Positions 62,169-64,000 of a stretch of DNA of 64,000 bases are shown in pieces. The translations under genes were made by a program, and so were the position numbers. The first letter of the stretch is position 1, and the number at the start of each line of letters is the position of its first letter. A model generated the notes under the pieces. That model was not told the origin of the DNA and ran no database searches. It saw only the letters and a list, made by a program, of their open reading frames with translations. Location of the stretch: NCBI RefSeq assembly GCF_020745735.1, contig NC_083402.1, forward strand, positions 128,794,213 to 128,858,212, in the 5' to 3' direction. The stretch comes from Hemiscyllium ocellatum (taxonomy: Eukaryota).

Positions 62169-62609
62169 ATGTAATAACTAACACAATAGCTGATTACTCA
62201 GTCTATACTAAACCTTCTGTGGTTGAACCAGAAATAGACACATTCACAGACAGTTGAGTTCAAATTTTACATTTTTACCCATTTCACCTTTGATCCTAAT
62301 TGTGCAGGGGGTTCAACTTATTTCCTTTAGTCCTTGTATATTTATTTTCTTTCTTGTGAAGGATTACAGATTCCACATTTGTTCAGTTCATGAATTCTTT
62401 AAATAGATTTGAAGTGCCCTAATTCTGTTCATTTTACAGCTGATCACCACTTCCTTTCAGCTTATTACCATTGACTCAGGTGAGTTGAATCCTCAGTGGG
62501 TGTACTAATAGTAGCAATAGCAATTACAATGATCTTTAGGGTAAAAATCATCACAGAACCCCTCACCGGATACATGTGCGGCCAACAGATACTCAGATAG
62601 GAAGATTAA

Positions 62610-63040
62610 GAGTGCTTAAGAGGTGGCATCAAGAATTCCATCAAAGATGAATTTTGAGAAGGCAAGGGAAGTAGGGAATTCCAAAGATTATGAGAGAAAT
62701 ATTGAGCTTCTGCTACTAACAGTGAATCATTATGCAGGCAGAATGCACACAGTCTGAGAAATGGTCAGTCGGGAGGTATGTAGCCTGAAGGCCTTTCAGA
62801 AATAGGTGAGGCCCAGAAGGATTGTAAAGATGAAGATGGGAGATGATTAAACTTACAGCATTGGGGATAGAAAACCAGCGTGGGTCAATGAGGACAGAGC
62901 TGACTGACAGAGAGATTTTTCAGAATAAAGGTTGAAATTTTTAAAAGGGTGGAAGGTGAAAGACAATCAAAGAGAACAATGAAGATTTTGAGTGTGAACT
63001 TGACAGAACATATGCCGTATAAGGTTTTCAGTTGTGGAAA
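62610..63040 (-). mobile_element. L2 LINE fragment, decayed
   Basis: Similar to the L2 remnants at 1695 and 37185 (gggaattccaaag..., ggattgtaaagatgaagatg). Confidence 0.45.
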
Positions 63041-63769
63041 TGCTGAGCGTCAGTGGATTTTTGTTTTCTGTCAGGTTAGCACATGAACAGTATCACAATA
63101 TCAACAGTGTTTCAATGAAAATGTTGTGCTGTAATGCAACCACAAGATTGTGCTAACTGTACAATAAGCAATACAAAACATTCATTCAAGTAGGTTTCCA
63201 CTCTCCAGAAGCTGATAACATATAAACATGATCTCTATTTTTCTTTCTGCATTAAATTCCTTTCTGGTTTGAAGTAACAATGCTAAGCTAAAACAACAGG
63301 GTTCTCAATAAACAGCTTTCTTGCATCAAAATGAAGTCAAGTGAACATGAGTCCAAAGACTGCAACATCCTAAATGTAAGGAAAAAAAAGATATTTGTGA
63401 AAAGAAATCTAAACACACATCAGACAAAATGTTATCCTTCCTAGTGTGAATGATGAGAAAGATGGGAAAATATGATGATAATGAAAATACCAGATTTGCA
63501 ATGTAGAGAGATGTTTTCCTAACTTTCCACTCAAAGCCTAACTAGCCATTTTCAGAATCTCAGCACTGCGATTCTCTTGTTTGCTTGCATTTGCATCTGG
63601 TCAAAATTCCAACTCATGTTATTTATTTGCCACTTCCAAATCTCCTCTCCTTCAGCCAGAAACTAGCCAGAGCAAATTCCTGACCTTCAGAGTGAATGCC
63701 AGGCAACATAGGTTCCCCAAATACTTATCCTGACTATCATGCAGCTATTTCTTCAGAACAATGTTACAT

Positions 63770-64000
63770 CATGCTTCACAGCATGAAAGCATCCTAACTG
63801 GATGCATCACAGTGTGGCTTTGCAACTGCTCTTCCAAGACTGCAAGAAACTACAGAGAATTGTGAACACAGTCCATTACACAAACTAGCCTTCCATTCAT
63901 TGACTCCATCTATACTTCCCACTATCTCGGGAAAACAACCCAACATAATCAGACCCCTCCCACCCCAGTTATACTCTCTTCCACCTTCTTCTGACAGGCA
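63770..64000 (+). mobile_element. Rex1-type LINE fragment, runs off the window
   Basis: Translates to ESILTGCITVWLCNCSSQDCKKLQRIVNT, homologous to 18360-18550. Confidence 0.75.

Overview
This is eukaryotic, repeat-rich DNA from a cartilaginous fish. The HE1-type SINEs paired with CR1/HER1-type LINEs point to a shark, plausibly a bamboo or carpet shark (inference). It looks intergenic or intronic: I found no host protein-coding exon, tRNA/rRNA gene or CRISPR array that I can support. A large part of the window is recognisable mobile-element sequence. This includes about 15 CR1 LINE pieces, among them an old ~5-kb copy (ORF1 esterase, APE, RT; 43597-48592) split by a young copy with an open 541-codon RT frame. 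There are also 8 HE1 SINEs, L2, Rex1 and Tx1-like LINE remnants, a Deu-domain SINE and several solo LTRs. Penelope-like elements (PLEs) are abundant, including a young Neptune-type RT + GIY-YIG copy at 31283-33016. The most notable signal comes from the PLEs. Four distinct PLE end families carry minimal hammerhead-ribozyme cores with covarying stems. At least 8 insertions are fold-back (head-to-head) structures, most with 9-15-bp target-site duplications, in which one arm always carries a ~30-nt 3' tail that the other lacks. Many short copies are truncated right at the ribozyme core. Other unexplained structures are a ~57-bp hairpin followed by a T-run (5655-5796) and a decayed 33-bp minisatellite (~23979-24440). 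All coordinates were read by eye and may be a few bases off.
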